Virus record (IMG/VR): IMGVR_UViG_3300032236_001478 | Location: 17,624 to 81,623 of that record | Length of the DNA stretch: 64,000 nt | Reading direction: 5' to 3' (one strand) | From: a virus | Program-made: the position numbers and the translations under genes | Notes under the pieces: generated by a model | Told to the model about the DNA's origin: nothing | Seen by the model: only the letters and a program-made list of their open reading frames with translations | Database searches by the model: none | Shown here: one piece after another, positions 29,117-39,382 of the stretch | Numbering within the stretch: position 1 is the first letter of the stretch | Layout: each line of letters opens with the position of its first letter

Positions 29117-30961
29117 ATGGCAAAAAGTAAAATATCACAATTACCACAATATACAGGAGATACGACAGGTGTTTATCTTTTGATGGATAATGCAAATCAA
29201 ACACAAACATTTAAAGTTCTTAAAGAAGATATTATAACAAATATAACTTTACCAACTGGGTTAGTATCAAGTAGTAATCAAATTTCATATACTGGATTAA
29301 CAAACATACCAAATGGTATAATATCAGGTAGTTCACAAGTATTAAATGGTAGTGGTATTATTTCTAGTTCAACACAATTAACAGCGTCAATGGATGTTAG
29401 ATATCTAAATGTAACTGGCGAAAATGTTGTTTCTTCTTCATCACAAATATCTTATACTGGAATTACTAACGTACCTTCAGGAATTGTTAGTGGATCTGCA
29501 CAATCAACAACTTGGGGTTATTTAACAACATCGTCATTTAATACTGTTTCTGGTTCATTAGATAGCAGATTAGATGCCGTAGAGTTATTAAGTTCATCAC
29601 TTACTGTTGCGGCTAATAGCACAACAAAAATATTAGATAGTGTTTCATATACTAACGCAAGTTCATGGACAGCAACCTATGCAGGTAATGGTGGGTCAGT
29701 TAAGGTTGAAGCTAATTTTACAGCATACGCAAGTTCAACAGGCGGTAAAACAATGACTTTATATCGAGATGGTGTTGCAGTTGATACTGGATATTTTTAT
29801 TTTAATACTGCAAATGTTCATGCAACAATGCCAACATTATATTATATTGGAACAAATGAAATAGGTTCACACACTTATAGCATTGGTGTTAATTCAGGTG
29901 TATTGATAGATCCTCAAGATTACGCATCAATTATTGTAACTGAAGTATTCAATGCTTTGATTACTGGAAGTTTAAATTATGTACAAGTTTTAGGAGATAG
30001 AAGAGCAGGTATAACTTCATCGGGAACCGCAATTATTAGTGGTAGTATAACAACTAAAGGTAATCCAATACAAATAATTGTCACAGGTGATGCGAATCCA
30101 ATAGGTGCATCTGGTTGGGCAAGATTACAACTTTATAGAAATAGTACACCTATTGGAAATATAGTACAGGCAGAAAATGGTTCGAATTTAAACATACCAT
30201 ACTGTTTAAATATTATAGATAATCCAGGTGCTGGGACTTATACTTATTACATGAAAACTGGTACTATGAGTGGTACTATAGATTTTGGGGAAGCTAGTGG
30301 TCCAACTTTGACAATGATTGAATTAGGTTCTATTGCACAAATGGCTAGTCTTGGATATGCAATAACAGGATCAAATACATTTAATGGAGATCAAACAATC
30401 ACAGGACAAATAAATGTAGGTACAAGTAGTGGTAATGAAGGTGGACAGATAAACTTAGCGTTAGCTCAAACAAACCAAACGTTAACTGGAAGTGTCAATA
30501 TTGATGTATATCAAAATAGACTTAGATTTTGGGAAGGTGGCGGAAATGCTAGAGGTGTAAGTATTGATTTAAGTAAAGCGCCTAATAGTGTTAATGCGGA
30601 TTTATTATGGAAAATGAGTGGTATTGTAAATGCTGGAACATTTGTAACTTTGGATAATATAAAGGCGACAGTGACAACAAGTGGTAATCGTGGTTTAAGT
30701 TTAGCAACTGTATCGGGAACGGTCACAGGATATGTTTCAGGTCAATATCAAGTAATGACAGGTGGAGGTGGTGCTGGTGCAAGCAGTACAAGTTTATCAA
30801 CAAGCGCAACTACTTCATTGTTTAGTTGGAATTTTACTAGTGAAGGTGATACTGCTACGTACATTTTAAGAGATAACACAAATAATAGAGTTTATAGAAT
30901 TATTATGATAATTGGTGGTGCATACAACAATAACTTTATTTCAATAGAAAGATTATACTAA
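29117..30961 (+). CDS. Tail fibre-like protein
   Basis: MAKSKISQLP start, repeats (G+VSSSxQISYTG+TN+P), AITGSNTFNGDQT. Late motif at 29102-29109. Confidence 0.75.
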   Translation: MAKSKISQLPQYTGDTTGVYLLMDNANQTQTFKVLKEDIITNITLPTGLVSSSNQISYTGLTNIPNGIISGSSQVLNGSGIISSSTQLTASMDVRYLNVTGENVVSSSSQISYTGITNVPSGIVSGSAQSTTWGYLTTSSFNTVSGSLDSRLDAVELLSSSLTVAANSTTKILDSVSYTNASSWTATYAGNGGSVKVEANFTAYASSTGGKTMTLYRDGVAVDTGYFYFNTANVHATMPTLYYIGTNEIGSHTYSIGVNSGVLIDPQDYASIIVTEVFNALITGSLNYVQVLGDRRAGITSSGTAIISGSITTKGNPIQIIVTGDANPIGASGWARLQLYRNSTPIGNIVQAENGSNLNIPYCLNIIDNPGAGTYTYYMKTGTMSGTIDFGEASGPTLTMIELGSIAQMASLGYAITGSNTFNGDQTITGQINVGTSSGNEGGQINLALAQTNQTLTGSVNIDVYQNRLRFWEGGGNARGVSIDLSKAPNSVNADLLWKMSGIVNAGTFVTLDNIKATVTTSGNRGLSLATVSGTVTGYVSGQYQVMTGGGGAGASSTSLSTSATTSLFSWNFTSEGDTATYILRDNTNNRVYRIIMIIGGAYNNNFISIERLY

Positions 30962-30962
30962 T

Positions 30963-31331
30963 ATGGAGTTTTTTATAAGACAAGGTTCAAATGAACCAAT
31001 TTTAAAATTAAAGCTTATCGATGATGGTAAGAATGATTTATCATCTTTTAATGATAGGTTAGAAAATAGTGTAATTACCTTCGAAATGTCCGATATTGTT
31101 ACAGAAGCACCACAAGTATTAAATGGTCAATGCCTTCTTACTAATAAAATACAATTATATAATCAAACAACACCAGAATATTATATAACTTACAGATTTT
31201 CAAGCGATGATACATCTGTAAAAGGAAAATATGAAGGGATTATTACAATACAATTTTTAGATACAAACTCAAATCCAACGACTAAATTGATTCTACCGAT
31301 TAATGAAAAATTATACATTAATGTGGTGTAA
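30963..31331 (+). CDS. BppU-like Ig-fold baseplate/fibre adaptor
   Basis: FFIRQGSNEPILKL...YRFSSDDT..KGKYEG..I.F....LILP....LYINV pattern. Confidence 0.55.
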   Translation: MEFFIRQGSNEPILKLKLIDDGKNDLSSFNDRLENSVITFEMSDIVTEAPQVLNGQCLLTNKIQLYNQTTPEYYITYRFSSDDTSVKGKYEGIITIQFLDTNSNPTTKLILPINEKLYINVV

Positions 31332-31363
31332 TTTGTTTTTTTAAGTTTTTTTTTATATATTAG
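31332..31363 (+). promoter_or_regulatory. Host-type promoter of DNA polymerase
   Basis: TTTG-N20-TATATTAG. Confidence 0.6.
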
Positions 31364-31424
31364 TTACGTTAAAGGCAAATTACAATTTATTGTAAGCTAA
31401 TGTGTCACCATATAAAATAAAAAA

Positions 31425-34331
31425 ATGAAAGAGGTCATCTCTCAAGAAGTCATTGAAGATTTCTTAAACGGCTCAGATCCTGAGCAGTATATCGTCAATT
31501 TAGAGTACGATTACAGATCCAATACAATTTACAAAATTATTCAAGATCCTGAGAAAGGTAAAATTGTAACACAAGATACTTTTACACCATTCTTATGGGT
31601 TGGTGATTTAGTTGGTCTTAATTTCTATAACAATAGAAAGAGTGAACAAAAAAGAAAAATGACCGAGCATGGCATTTTAATTGAAAGACTTGAGACACAT
31701 GGTAATGAAAGGCTTGAAGCTGGATTATGTTACATGGTAAAAAGTTTAAAGTCATATACAAACCTCATATCTTTTTTCAAAGAAGGTGGTTTAGATCCAT
31801 GGGGAGAAAAACATAAAAAGTATTTTCAAATACTATCTCCGGTTGAACAATATCTTGTACAAAAAAAGAAAAGATTATTTAAGGGAATTGAAGAATATGA
31901 TGATGTTCACAGACTTGTATTCGATATTGAGACCACGGGTTTAGATCCATTGGTCGACAAAATAATTTTGATAGGTTTAAAAGATAATAAAGGTTTTTCT
32001 AAAACACTAGATGCGTTTGGTGACGAAGGTGAAAAACAATGTATTGAAGATTTCTTTTTATTAGTAAAAGAATTAAAACCAACAATATTAGCAGGTTATA
32101 ACTCAGCTGCGTTTGACTTTCCATTTATTATAAAAAGGGCTGAAATATTAGGTATTGATGTTTCTAGTTTAACAAAAGTATTAAATCCAAAAGAAGGTCT
32201 CAAGCAAAGAGAAGCAATGCTAAAATTAGCAAATGAAGTTGAACCTTATAATCAATTTATGATATGGGGGGTTAGTATTATTGATATTGCTCATGCGGTT
32301 AGACGTGCACAGGCAATTAATTCTGAAATCAAATCATGGGGATTAAAATATATCACAAAATATCTAGAGAAAGAGAAACCTAATCGTGTCTATGTTGATG
32401 GCGCATTTATTTCTAAAATTTATTTAGAGAATGAAAGTTATTATGCTAATCCAAAAACAGGAAATTATAAATTAATTGGAGAACCTGGAACTGAAGGTTT
32501 ACTTGAAAAGTATCCAGGTAAGTTTGAAATATGGACAGGTAGAAAAATTGTGGAACAATATCTAGATGATGACTTATATGAAACTATGGTTGTAGATGAT
32601 AGTTTCTCACAATCAACATTCTTATTATCAAAAGTAATTCCAACAACATATGAACGTGTAGCTACTATGGGTACTGCAACACTTTGGAAAATGGTTATGT
32701 CAGCTTGGAGTTATGAACATAATTTAGCAATACCGGCACGAGATGAAAAAAGAGCAATTACAGGTGGATTATCTAGATTGTTAAACGTTGGTTATGCGAA
32801 AAATATTGTTAAGTTTGACTATGCTTCTCTATACCCATCTATTCAATTAGTATATGATGTATTTCCAGAATGCGATGTGATGGGGGTGCAAAAATCAATG
32901 TTAAAATACTTTCGAAATATTCGTATTAAATATAAAAGATTAACTGGTGAATATAAAACATCTAATCCTGCATTATCTGAAATGTATGATAGAAAACAGT
33001 TACCAATTAAGATTTTTATTAACGCATACTTTGGATCATTATCTGCACCACACGTATTTCCTTGGGGTGATATGAATATGGGTGAAACAATTACATGTGT
33101 TGGTAGACAATGTTTGAGAATGATGATTATGTTTTTCCAAAAGAAAGGATATAAACCTCTTGTGATGGATACGGATGGTGTTAACTTTGAAACTCCTGAT
33201 GATATTGATTCACATGTTTATATTGGTAAAGGTTTAAATGAATTATCAATAGAAGGTAAAGAATACATAGGAATAGAAGCTGACACTGCTGAATTCAATG
33301 ATTTATTTATGCGAAATGAAATGGGTTTGGATATTGATTATACCGCGCCTGCTTGTATTAACATATCTAGAAAAAACTACATCATCAAATTGATGAAGAA
33401 AGGTAAAGAAAAGATTAAGTTAACGGGTAATACTATTAAATCAAAAAAATTACAACAATATGTTGTAGATTTCTTAGATGATGGTTTAAAGTATTTGTTA
33501 AATGGTGACGGTCATACTTTTTTAGAATTGTATTATGAAACAATAGAAAAACTTTATAATAAAGAAATACCTTTAGCAAAGATTGCAAATAAATCTCGTG
33601 TTAAACAAAGTATTAATGATTATAAAAAACACACTAAGAAAGTAACAAAGTCTGGTTCACTTATGGCAAGACAAGCACATATGGAACTTGTTTTACAAAA
33701 TGATTATCCAGCAACGTTAGGTGAAACAATTTATTATGTAAACAATGGTGTGAAAAAATCTAGTGGCGATGTTCAAAAAATAACAAAACCAACTAAAAAA
33801 CAACAAGAAGAATACACAACTAAACATGGTAAGTTAATGCCTAATGATTATATTGAGATTAACTGTTACATGATACCTGAAAAAGAAATTGTTAATAACC
33901 CAGAATTAAAAGGTGACTATAACGTAGCGAGATACATTAGTATTTTTAATAAAAGAATTGAACCACTTTTAGTTGTATTCAAACCTGAAATAAGAGATGA
34001 CATTTTAATTGAGGCACCAGAAGAAAGACAATATTTTACTAAAACACAATGTGATTTAGTTTCTGGATTTCCATTAAAAGAAGATGGGCAAGATAAAATA
34101 GAAGAGGTGATGACACTATCTGATAGTGAAGTAATCTTTTGGAATAGAGTTAACAGAGATCCATTCTTCATGTATGTTGATAACACAATTGAATTAGTTG
34201 ATCAATATTGGGTTGAACATAATAGAAAAGTTGTTGCTTTTCAAGTTCAAAGTATCAAGAATAATGAAGATGAAGAAATCATAGAAAATAATGCACATGA
34301 TTTTGCTTATCATGCAACATCAGGCGATTAA
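31425..34331 (+). CDS. polB: Family B DNA polymerase with 3'-5' exonuclease
   Basis: ExoI FDIETTG, ExoII GYNSAAFDFPF, motif A DYASLYPS, motif B KQLPIKIFINAYFG, motif C MDTDG, RKNY. Confidence 0.96.
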   Translation: MKEVISQEVIEDFLNGSDPEQYIVNLEYDYRSNTIYKIIQDPEKGKIVTQDTFTPFLWVGDLVGLNFYNNRKSEQKRKMTEHGILIERLETHGNERLEAGLCYMVKSLKSYTNLISFFKEGGLDPWGEKHKKYFQILSPVEQYLVQKKKRLFKGIEEYDDVHRLVFDIETTGLDPLVDKIILIGLKDNKGFSKTLDAFGDEGEKQCIEDFFLLVKELKPTILAGYNSAAFDFPFIIKRAEILGIDVSSLTKVLNPKEGLKQREAMLKLANEVEPYNQFMIWGVSIIDIAHAVRRAQAINSEIKSWGLKYITKYLEKEKPNRVYVDGAFISKIYLENESYYANPKTGNYKLIGEPGTEGLLEKYPGKFEIWTGRKIVEQYLDDDLYETMVVDDSFSQSTFLLSKVIPTTYERVATMGTATLWKMVMSAWSYEHNLAIPARDEKRAITGGLSRLLNVGYAKNIVKFDYASLYPSIQLVYDVFPECDVMGVQKSMLKYFRNIRIKYKRLTGEYKTSNPALSEMYDRKQLPIKIFINAYFGSLSAPHVFPWGDMNMGETITCVGRQCLRMMIMFFQKKGYKPLVMDTDGVNFETPDDIDSHVYIGKGLNELSIEGKEYIGIEADTAEFNDLFMRNEMGLDIDYTAPACINISRKNYIIKLMKKGKEKIKLTGNTIKSKKLQQYVVDFLDDGLKYLLNGDGHTFLELYYETIEKLYNKEIPLAKIANKSRVKQSINDYKKHTKKVTKSGSLMARQAHMELVLQNDYPATLGETIYYVNNGVKKSSGDVQKITKPTKKQQEEYTTKHGKLMPNDYIEINCYMIPEKEIVNNPELKGDYNVARYISIFNKRIEPLLVVFKPEIRDDILIEAPEERQYFTKTQCDLVSGFPLKEDGQDKIEEVMTLSDSEVIFWNRVNRDPFFMYVDNTIELVDQYWVEHNRKVVAFQVQSIKNNEDEEIIENNAHDFAYHATSGD

Positions 34332-35443
34332 ATCATAGTAAACGGAGTTGGCATCGCACGAAACTTAAGAGCTTTGTTTGTGTTTTCAGCTTCGTTTGCT
34401 TTTCTTTCTAACATTTTGTCTGGACGTAATCTTTCAAGACGAGCCATTAATTCTTCAATTAATTTTGATCTTTCATCCTTACCTTCAGTAAGTAATGATT
34501 GATAATCTAATTGAACTTCGCTGTCTGGAACTTTAAGTGCTCCTGAAAATTTACCATAAATTCTACCAAGCGATTCTTTAGCATATCCTGTCATATACTT
34601 TCTTACCCAGTTTTGTGCTGGTCTATTTAAGTCATCCCAGGTAAGTTGTTGTGTCATTACATCTGAAGGTAATTTAACAATATCTTTGTTTTGTGATAAA
34701 CAAGTGTCTCTATCTTGTGTGTCGTAGTACCAATACCAAACTTTAAAGTTGTTTTGTACAATGTTTAAGAAATCAAATCGACCTCCAGGGGTATTGTATA
34801 AGTGAATATATTTTTTCCCATCAGGACCTGCAGTAATTCTATATGTACAATCGCCACCTATCAATCTATTTTTAATATTTCTGTCTTGCATTCTAGCTAA
34901 CAAATCATAAGCTGGAAGCATAAAATAAGAACCTTGAGCACCTACTTGAGCAAATCCACCCACGCCACCAAATCCAACACCACCTAATCCGCCAAATCCA
35001 CCCATGAATGGATCTACAATAGAATCTGTTAATGTAGCACGGCTAAACCATAAAAGTTCATTTATTTCTCTTCCTGCTGGAATTTCGTAAACTTGTTGAC
35101 CCGATACTAAAGTAAAGAAGTCCTTTTTAAGAATATTATCTCCGTTTGCTTGTAAACCAACAATTTTAGAATATGCATAACTAAATCTTGTTTCGTAGTT
35201 TAAATCATTTGTAATAAATGCTCTCGCTACGGACTGAGTGTCAACATTAATACCGATTAATTCACCCCATTGAGATTCAATTAACCAGTTATTTACATAT
35301 TCTTCATAATCATTAAGAGATAATTCGATGAATGTATCTAATTGTTCTTCAGTTAATTCTATACCTCTAACCGGCATCCCTAACAAATTAAGGATTTGTG
35401 AATATAGTTTTTCTTTTTCTGTTGCACTTATTGGAGTAGCCAT
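34328..35443 (-). CDS. Neck protein (T4 gp13-like adaptor)
   Basis: LGMPVRGIELTEEQLD, WVRKY..GYAKESLGRIYGKF....P...VQLD. Late motif at 35460-35467. Confidence 0.85.
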   Translation of the reverse strand: MATPISATEKEKLYSQILNLLGMPVRGIELTEEQLDTFIELSLNDYEEYVNNWLIESQWGELIGINVDTQSVARAFITNDLNYETRFSYAYSKIVGLQANGDNILKKDFFTLVSGQQVYEIPAGREINELLWFSRATLTDSIVDPFMGGFGGLGGVGFGGVGGFAQVGAQGSYFMLPAYDLLARMQDRNIKNRLIGGDCTYRITAGPDGKKYIHLYNTPGGRFDFLNIVQNNFKVWYWYYDTQDRDTCLSQNKDIVKLPSDVMTQQLTWDDLNRPAQNWVRKYMTGYAKESLGRIYGKFSGALKVPDSEVQLDYQSLLTEGKDERSKLIEELMARLERLRPDKMLERKANEAENTNKALKFRAMPTPFTMI

Positions 35444-35447
35444 AGAC

Positions 35448-35478
35448 TTTGTTTATAAGAATAAATATCATATATTTG
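35448..35478 (+). promoter_or_regulatory. Consensus Bacteroidota promoter
   Basis: Exact TTTG-N19-TATATTTG, 4 nt before the ATG at 35483. Its spacer contains the oppositely oriented late motif of the neck gene. Confidence 0.75.
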
Positions 35479-35482
35479 GGTT

Positions 35483-35680
35483 ATGAACGAAACATTATTA
35501 ACCATATTCCAAGTAGCTGGACAAAAAGATTATGAATTTTCATACAAAACAGGAACATTACCTGAAAATGTTTTTACATTAGATAAGGACAATAAAAAAT
35601 TATTTGTTTTTATTGGTAATCCTGAAGCAGAAGATTTAGATACTATTCTGAAGGACTTGTTGGTAAATCTTCAGAAATAA
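35483..35680 (+). CDS. Small hypothetical protein, probably leaderless
   Basis: 65 aa directly after a consensus promoter. 3' end overlaps the SNF2 gene convergently. Confidence 0.6.
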   Translation: MNETLLTIFQVAGQKDYEFSYKTGTLPENVFTLDKDNKKLFVFIGNPEAEDLDTILKDLLVNLQK

Positions 35681-37424
35681 CTGCACTGATTACATCTTTG
35701 GTAAACGATTCTGAATATTCTCCTTCACCCATTACCTGGTCAATTACATTCTTCTTCTTTTGAAGGATATTGTAAATTTGCATTTCAATTGTATTCTCAA
35801 AAACAGGGTAATATACTAAGACACCTTTTGTTTGTCCGTAGCGATATGCTCTATCTTCGCCTTGTGAGTGATCCGCCGGCACAAAAGATAAGTCATTCAT
35901 AATCACAACTTCCGCAGCAGTCAATGTAAGGCCCACACCTGCTGCTTTGATGTTACCAATGAATACTCTGATTTTGTCATCGTTTTGAAACCTATCAACC
36001 GATACCTGTCTTTTATCCTTAGACATACGACCATCAACAGTTACAGAGTTCTTTTTATATTTCTCATGTATCATATCTAAAGTTAAAGTAAAGTTGGTTA
36101 AAACGATTACTTTTTTACCTTGTTCAAGACATTTATCAATTAATTCACAAGTAAATGGTACCTTTTCATAAGATATCAATTGTCTTATTTTCATAAGTCT
36201 ATTCAATGTAACCGAAATGCTTTCTTTCTTTTGATTTTCTTTGGTAATTCTCATGAACTCATCTAACTCATCGTCATATAGAGTGTTTTTAAGCTCCAAA
36301 AATACAGGGGCGATAATCTTCTCAGGGAGATCTAGGATATCTGTCTTTAATCGTCTTAAAATGATGTTCTTGGTCCTTTCTCGTAGCTCATCTAGATTGC
36401 TAGATCCGCTAGTGTTCCAAATCTTTTTATTTCCAACAGTAAATTGGAAGCCCTTACAATATCTACGAACATAGTTTTGCCAATTAAGGGTTAAAGGTGA
36501 TCTAACAATCTTAAGTAAGTTAAAATAGTTTATAGGTCTTGAAGTCATTGGTGTACCCGTGAGCAACCATACTTTAGGTATTTTTTCTAAAATGTCATTC
36601 AATAACTTGGTTCGCTGCGCTGTGCTGTTAGATATATAATGCGCTTCGTCCACTATCGCTAATTCAAACTTTTCATTTGTAATTAATTTATATGCATCGC
36701 TATCCTCACTCTTTTCAGTTGTATGGAAGTTTTTAAGAATATCGTAGTTAATAATGTAGAAATCAAAAGTTGAACCCCATTTTCTACCCTCAACAATTAA
36801 AATACGTCTATTTGTGTAGTTTTTAATCTCTCTTTCCCAGTTAATCTTTAATGATGCTGGACATACAATCAATACTTTCTTAGCTTCACTTTCAATCGAA
36901 GCGAGAACCGCAGCGGTAGTTTTACCAAGACCCATGTCATCGGCTAAAATGAACCTATCATTAGCCAAAAGACGTTCAATAGCAATTTTTTGATGCTCCA
37001 TTGGTGGTCTTACATCATATTTTGAATAATCAATAACTCTATTAAGTTTTTTTTCTTCAGCAAGTAATGCAAACTTAGGTATCCACATTGCAGATAACGC
37101 TTCGCTTTCAAAAAGTCTTCCCCATATATGAAATGCTTTGTCAGAATCACATAATAATTTCTCAACCCATACTTTTTCAGGGGCTTTAGACAATAGTTTA
37201 TCTTCTTTTAACTTTTCAGCAAAGCTTGCGTCTAGGTTAACAAACTTCCTAGCTACTTTAGGAATGGTATTTTGATGTTTTAAAACATAATCTGCTTGTG
37301 TTCTAGTTAGCGCATAGTTTTTATTGTCAAAAAGTCTCCTTTTCCACTCCAATATTTGATTATTAGATCCAGAATAAGATGTTAATATCTCTCTAGCTTC
37401 AATTTCAGGTATTTTAGTGCTCAT
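35643..37424 (-). CDS. SNF2-family (HARP/SMARCAL1-like) helicase/translocase
   Basis: LADDMGLGKT, IVCPASL, VDEAH, LTGTP, AAGVGLTL, QGEDRAYRYGQ. Start 37424 avoids overlap with the divergent gene and follows TATATTTC (37431-38). Confidence 0.92.
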   Translation of the reverse strand: MSTKIPEIEAREILTSYSGSNNQILEWKRRLFDNKNYALTRTQADYVLKHQNTIPKVARKFVNLDASFAEKLKEDKLLSKAPEKVWVEKLLCDSDKAFHIWGRLFESEALSAMWIPKFALLAEEKKLNRVIDYSKYDVRPPMEHQKIAIERLLANDRFILADDMGLGKTTAAVLASIESEAKKVLIVCPASLKINWEREIKNYTNRRILIVEGRKWGSTFDFYIINYDILKNFHTTEKSEDSDAYKLITNEKFELAIVDEAHYISNSTAQRTKLLNDILEKIPKVWLLTGTPMTSRPINYFNLLKIVRSPLTLNWQNYVRRYCKGFQFTVGNKKIWNTSGSSNLDELRERTKNIILRRLKTDILDLPEKIIAPVFLELKNTLYDDELDEFMRITKENQKKESISVTLNRLMKIRQLISYEKVPFTCELIDKCLEQGKKVIVLTNFTLTLDMIHEKYKKNSVTVDGRMSKDKRQVSVDRFQNDDKIRVFIGNIKAAGVGLTLTAAEVVIMNDLSFVPADHSQGEDRAYRYGQTKGVLVYYPVFENTIEMQIYNILQKKKNVIDQVMGEGEYSESFTKDVISAVISEDLPTSPSE

Positions 37425-37473
37425 ATTAAAGAAATATAAATAATAACAATCACTTTGTGTACTATTTATTGGT

Positions 37474-37986
37474 ATGAATAACAAATTACCAATCACCCGT
37501 TTAGGTAAGTTTTTCTCTAACGAAGACTTTGATTTACAGATACAAATAGGTCAGGAATATTTGAGTGGTGACTTGAATATGAAGCTTGTTTTATTCCGTG
37601 TGGATAGACAAAAGACAAGTAATGATGATGTATATGGTGAAGTTGGGGCTGATGAGATCAAGTATTTCCCTCCAGTTGAGTTTAATGCATTAGTTAGAAT
37701 TGATGCACCAACTAATAAATCATATAAATCTGGTTTAATGAGATACAATGAACCAGGAAATATGACTATATCTGTTTACTTAAAGCAATTAGAAGATTTG
37801 GGTGTTGAAATTAAGTACGGAGATTATATTGGTTATCCTGAAACTGAAGAGAGAATGAGATATTATACAGTTACAAATGACGGTAAGGTTACTTCAGACA
37901 ATAAACACAACTTATTTGGTTATAGACCATATTATAGAACAATAACTTGTACACCAGCACAAGAAAAAGAATTTAGAGGAGTATAA
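37474..37986 (+). CDS. Head completion/neck protein (gp14-like)
   Basis: DDVYGE..., GDYIGY. Located between neck and tail terminator. Late motif TATTTATT at 37463-70. Confidence 0.65.
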   Translation: MNNKLPITRLGKFFSNEDFDLQIQIGQEYLSGDLNMKLVLFRVDRQKTSNDDVYGEVGADEIKYFPPVEFNALVRIDAPTNKSYKSGLMRYNEPGNMTISVYLKQLEDLGVEIKYGDYIGYPETEERMRYYTVTNDGKVTSDNKHNLFGYRPYYRTITCTPAQEKEFRGV

Positions 37987-37987
37987 C

Positions 37988-39220
37988 ATGCCATTACCAA
38001 GAAGAAAAACAGACATACAGATTTACAAGGGTAAAGAGTTGACAGATAGAAGACAGGAGATGTTGAACATGATTACCAAAGAAAACACCTATCTTCCTGA
38101 GCCAATTTTACATGATGACCTAGATAGAGGTATGTTAGATTTCATTAACAATAATTTCAAAATTGTTAGTGATGGTAAAACAATTCCAGTTATACAAAAG
38201 ATTTTAACAATTCAAAGATGGGCGGAAGTTTTAAATAATTGGGAGTTTGCTGATGACGATAATAACATGAAAGTACCTTTTATAGGTATAATCAGAAGAC
38301 CAGATGTTCAACCTGGCACAAATCCATCAATTACAAGAACAATACCACAAAGGTTGCCAGTACACTACGCGACCGTAGCGACTTGGAATGGAACACAAAT
38401 GGGTGCTGACGTTTACAAAATACCTCAGCCCGTAGCGATTGATATTAGCTTTGATGTTACGATTGTGTGTAGTAAAATTAGAGAACTTAATAAGTTGAAC
38501 AAAACTGTAATGCAAATTTTTTCATCTAGACAAGCTTACACAACAGTAAAAGGTCACTATATTCCTATTGTTTTGGAAAAGGTTGAGGATAATTCACCTA
38601 TTGATCAAATTGATGGTCGTAGATTTTATCTACAAAACTATTCGTTTACAATGTTAGGATTTTTAATCGATGAAGAAGAGTTTGAGGTAAAACCAGCCGT
38701 AAGTAGGTTCATGTTACTTACTGAATTTATAAAATCGAATAATTATGCTAAAAAGTTTATCAATAAATTAATTAACATAGTTGTTGCAACATTTAGAGCA
38801 GATGGAATGCAAACCTCATTCAGTGTGGGTGAATCTATAGCAATCCTATTTAATGTGGAAATCAATGGTTTGATACAAGAAAGGGATGTTGACTATTATC
38901 ATATTGTTGGAACATCTAAAATTACTTTTGATACGGCACCATACCAAGGAAGTGTAATTACAATCAAGTATTATGCAGGTAAAAGTAGCGTTCTTATTGA
39001 CAACTATGGTAAACAATTACAAGTTGCGACTGAAAACTTCTATTATAGTGATAGTTTAATATTCCCAACTATAAATGGTATCAATAGTGTTGTAAGTGTA
39101 GACGTTAATGGTATTGCTCAAGAAGAAAATGTTGGATTTGAAATCCATACAGCAACTAGCATCAAATTATTAGCCACACCTTTGGTTGGGTGGAAAGTAG
39201 GTATCACTTACTTATATTAA
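37988..39220 (+). CDS. Tail terminator/sheath stabiliser (gp15-like) with C-terminal beta repeats
   Basis: KIPQPVAIDISFDVTI..SK.RELNKL pattern; two C-terminal V.INGL.Q...DY repeats. Upstream of the sheath. Confidence 0.65.
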   Translation: MPLPRRKTDIQIYKGKELTDRRQEMLNMITKENTYLPEPILHDDLDRGMLDFINNNFKIVSDGKTIPVIQKILTIQRWAEVLNNWEFADDDNNMKVPFIGIIRRPDVQPGTNPSITRTIPQRLPVHYATVATWNGTQMGADVYKIPQPVAIDISFDVTIVCSKIRELNKLNKTVMQIFSSRQAYTTVKGHYIPIVLEKVEDNSPIDQIDGRRFYLQNYSFTMLGFLIDEEEFEVKPAVSRFMLLTEFIKSNNYAKKFINKLINIVVATFRADGMQTSFSVGESIAILFNVEINGLIQERDVDYYHIVGTSKITFDTAPYQGSVITIKYYAGKSSVLIDNYGKQLQVATENFYYSDSLIFPTINGINSVVSVDVNGIAQEENVGFEIHTATSIKLLATPLVGWKVGITYLY

Positions 39221-39375
39221 GATTCACCGTAAATGTCTTTTTTCTTGGGTTTACAGGTCTCATCTATTAGTTTTTCAAGAACTCTGTAAATTTTAAGCCC
39301 TTGTTTAGCACAATAGTCTTTTAATAAGTCATGATGTTTCTCACTTATTTTAACATTTTTTGTTTTCATTTTCAT
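39217..39375 (-). CDS. Ribbon-helix-helix DNA-binding protein (52 aa; absent from ORF track)
   Basis: Hand translation: MKMKTKNVKISEKHHDLLKDYCAKQGLKIYRVLEKLIDETCKPKKKDIYGES*. Beta strand KNVKIS, helix, G-turn, helix. Confidence 0.8.
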   Translation of the reverse strand: MKMKTKNVKISEKHHDLLKDYCAKQGLKIYRVLEKLIDETCKPKKKDIYGES

Positions 39376-39382
39376 ATCTAAA

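Noticed and set aside
31374-31406. GGCAAA-stem resembling the start of a c-di-GMP-I riboswitch
   Set aside because: Lacks the GNRA loop, GACGCAAAGC and second hairpin. Kept only as a generic leader structure.
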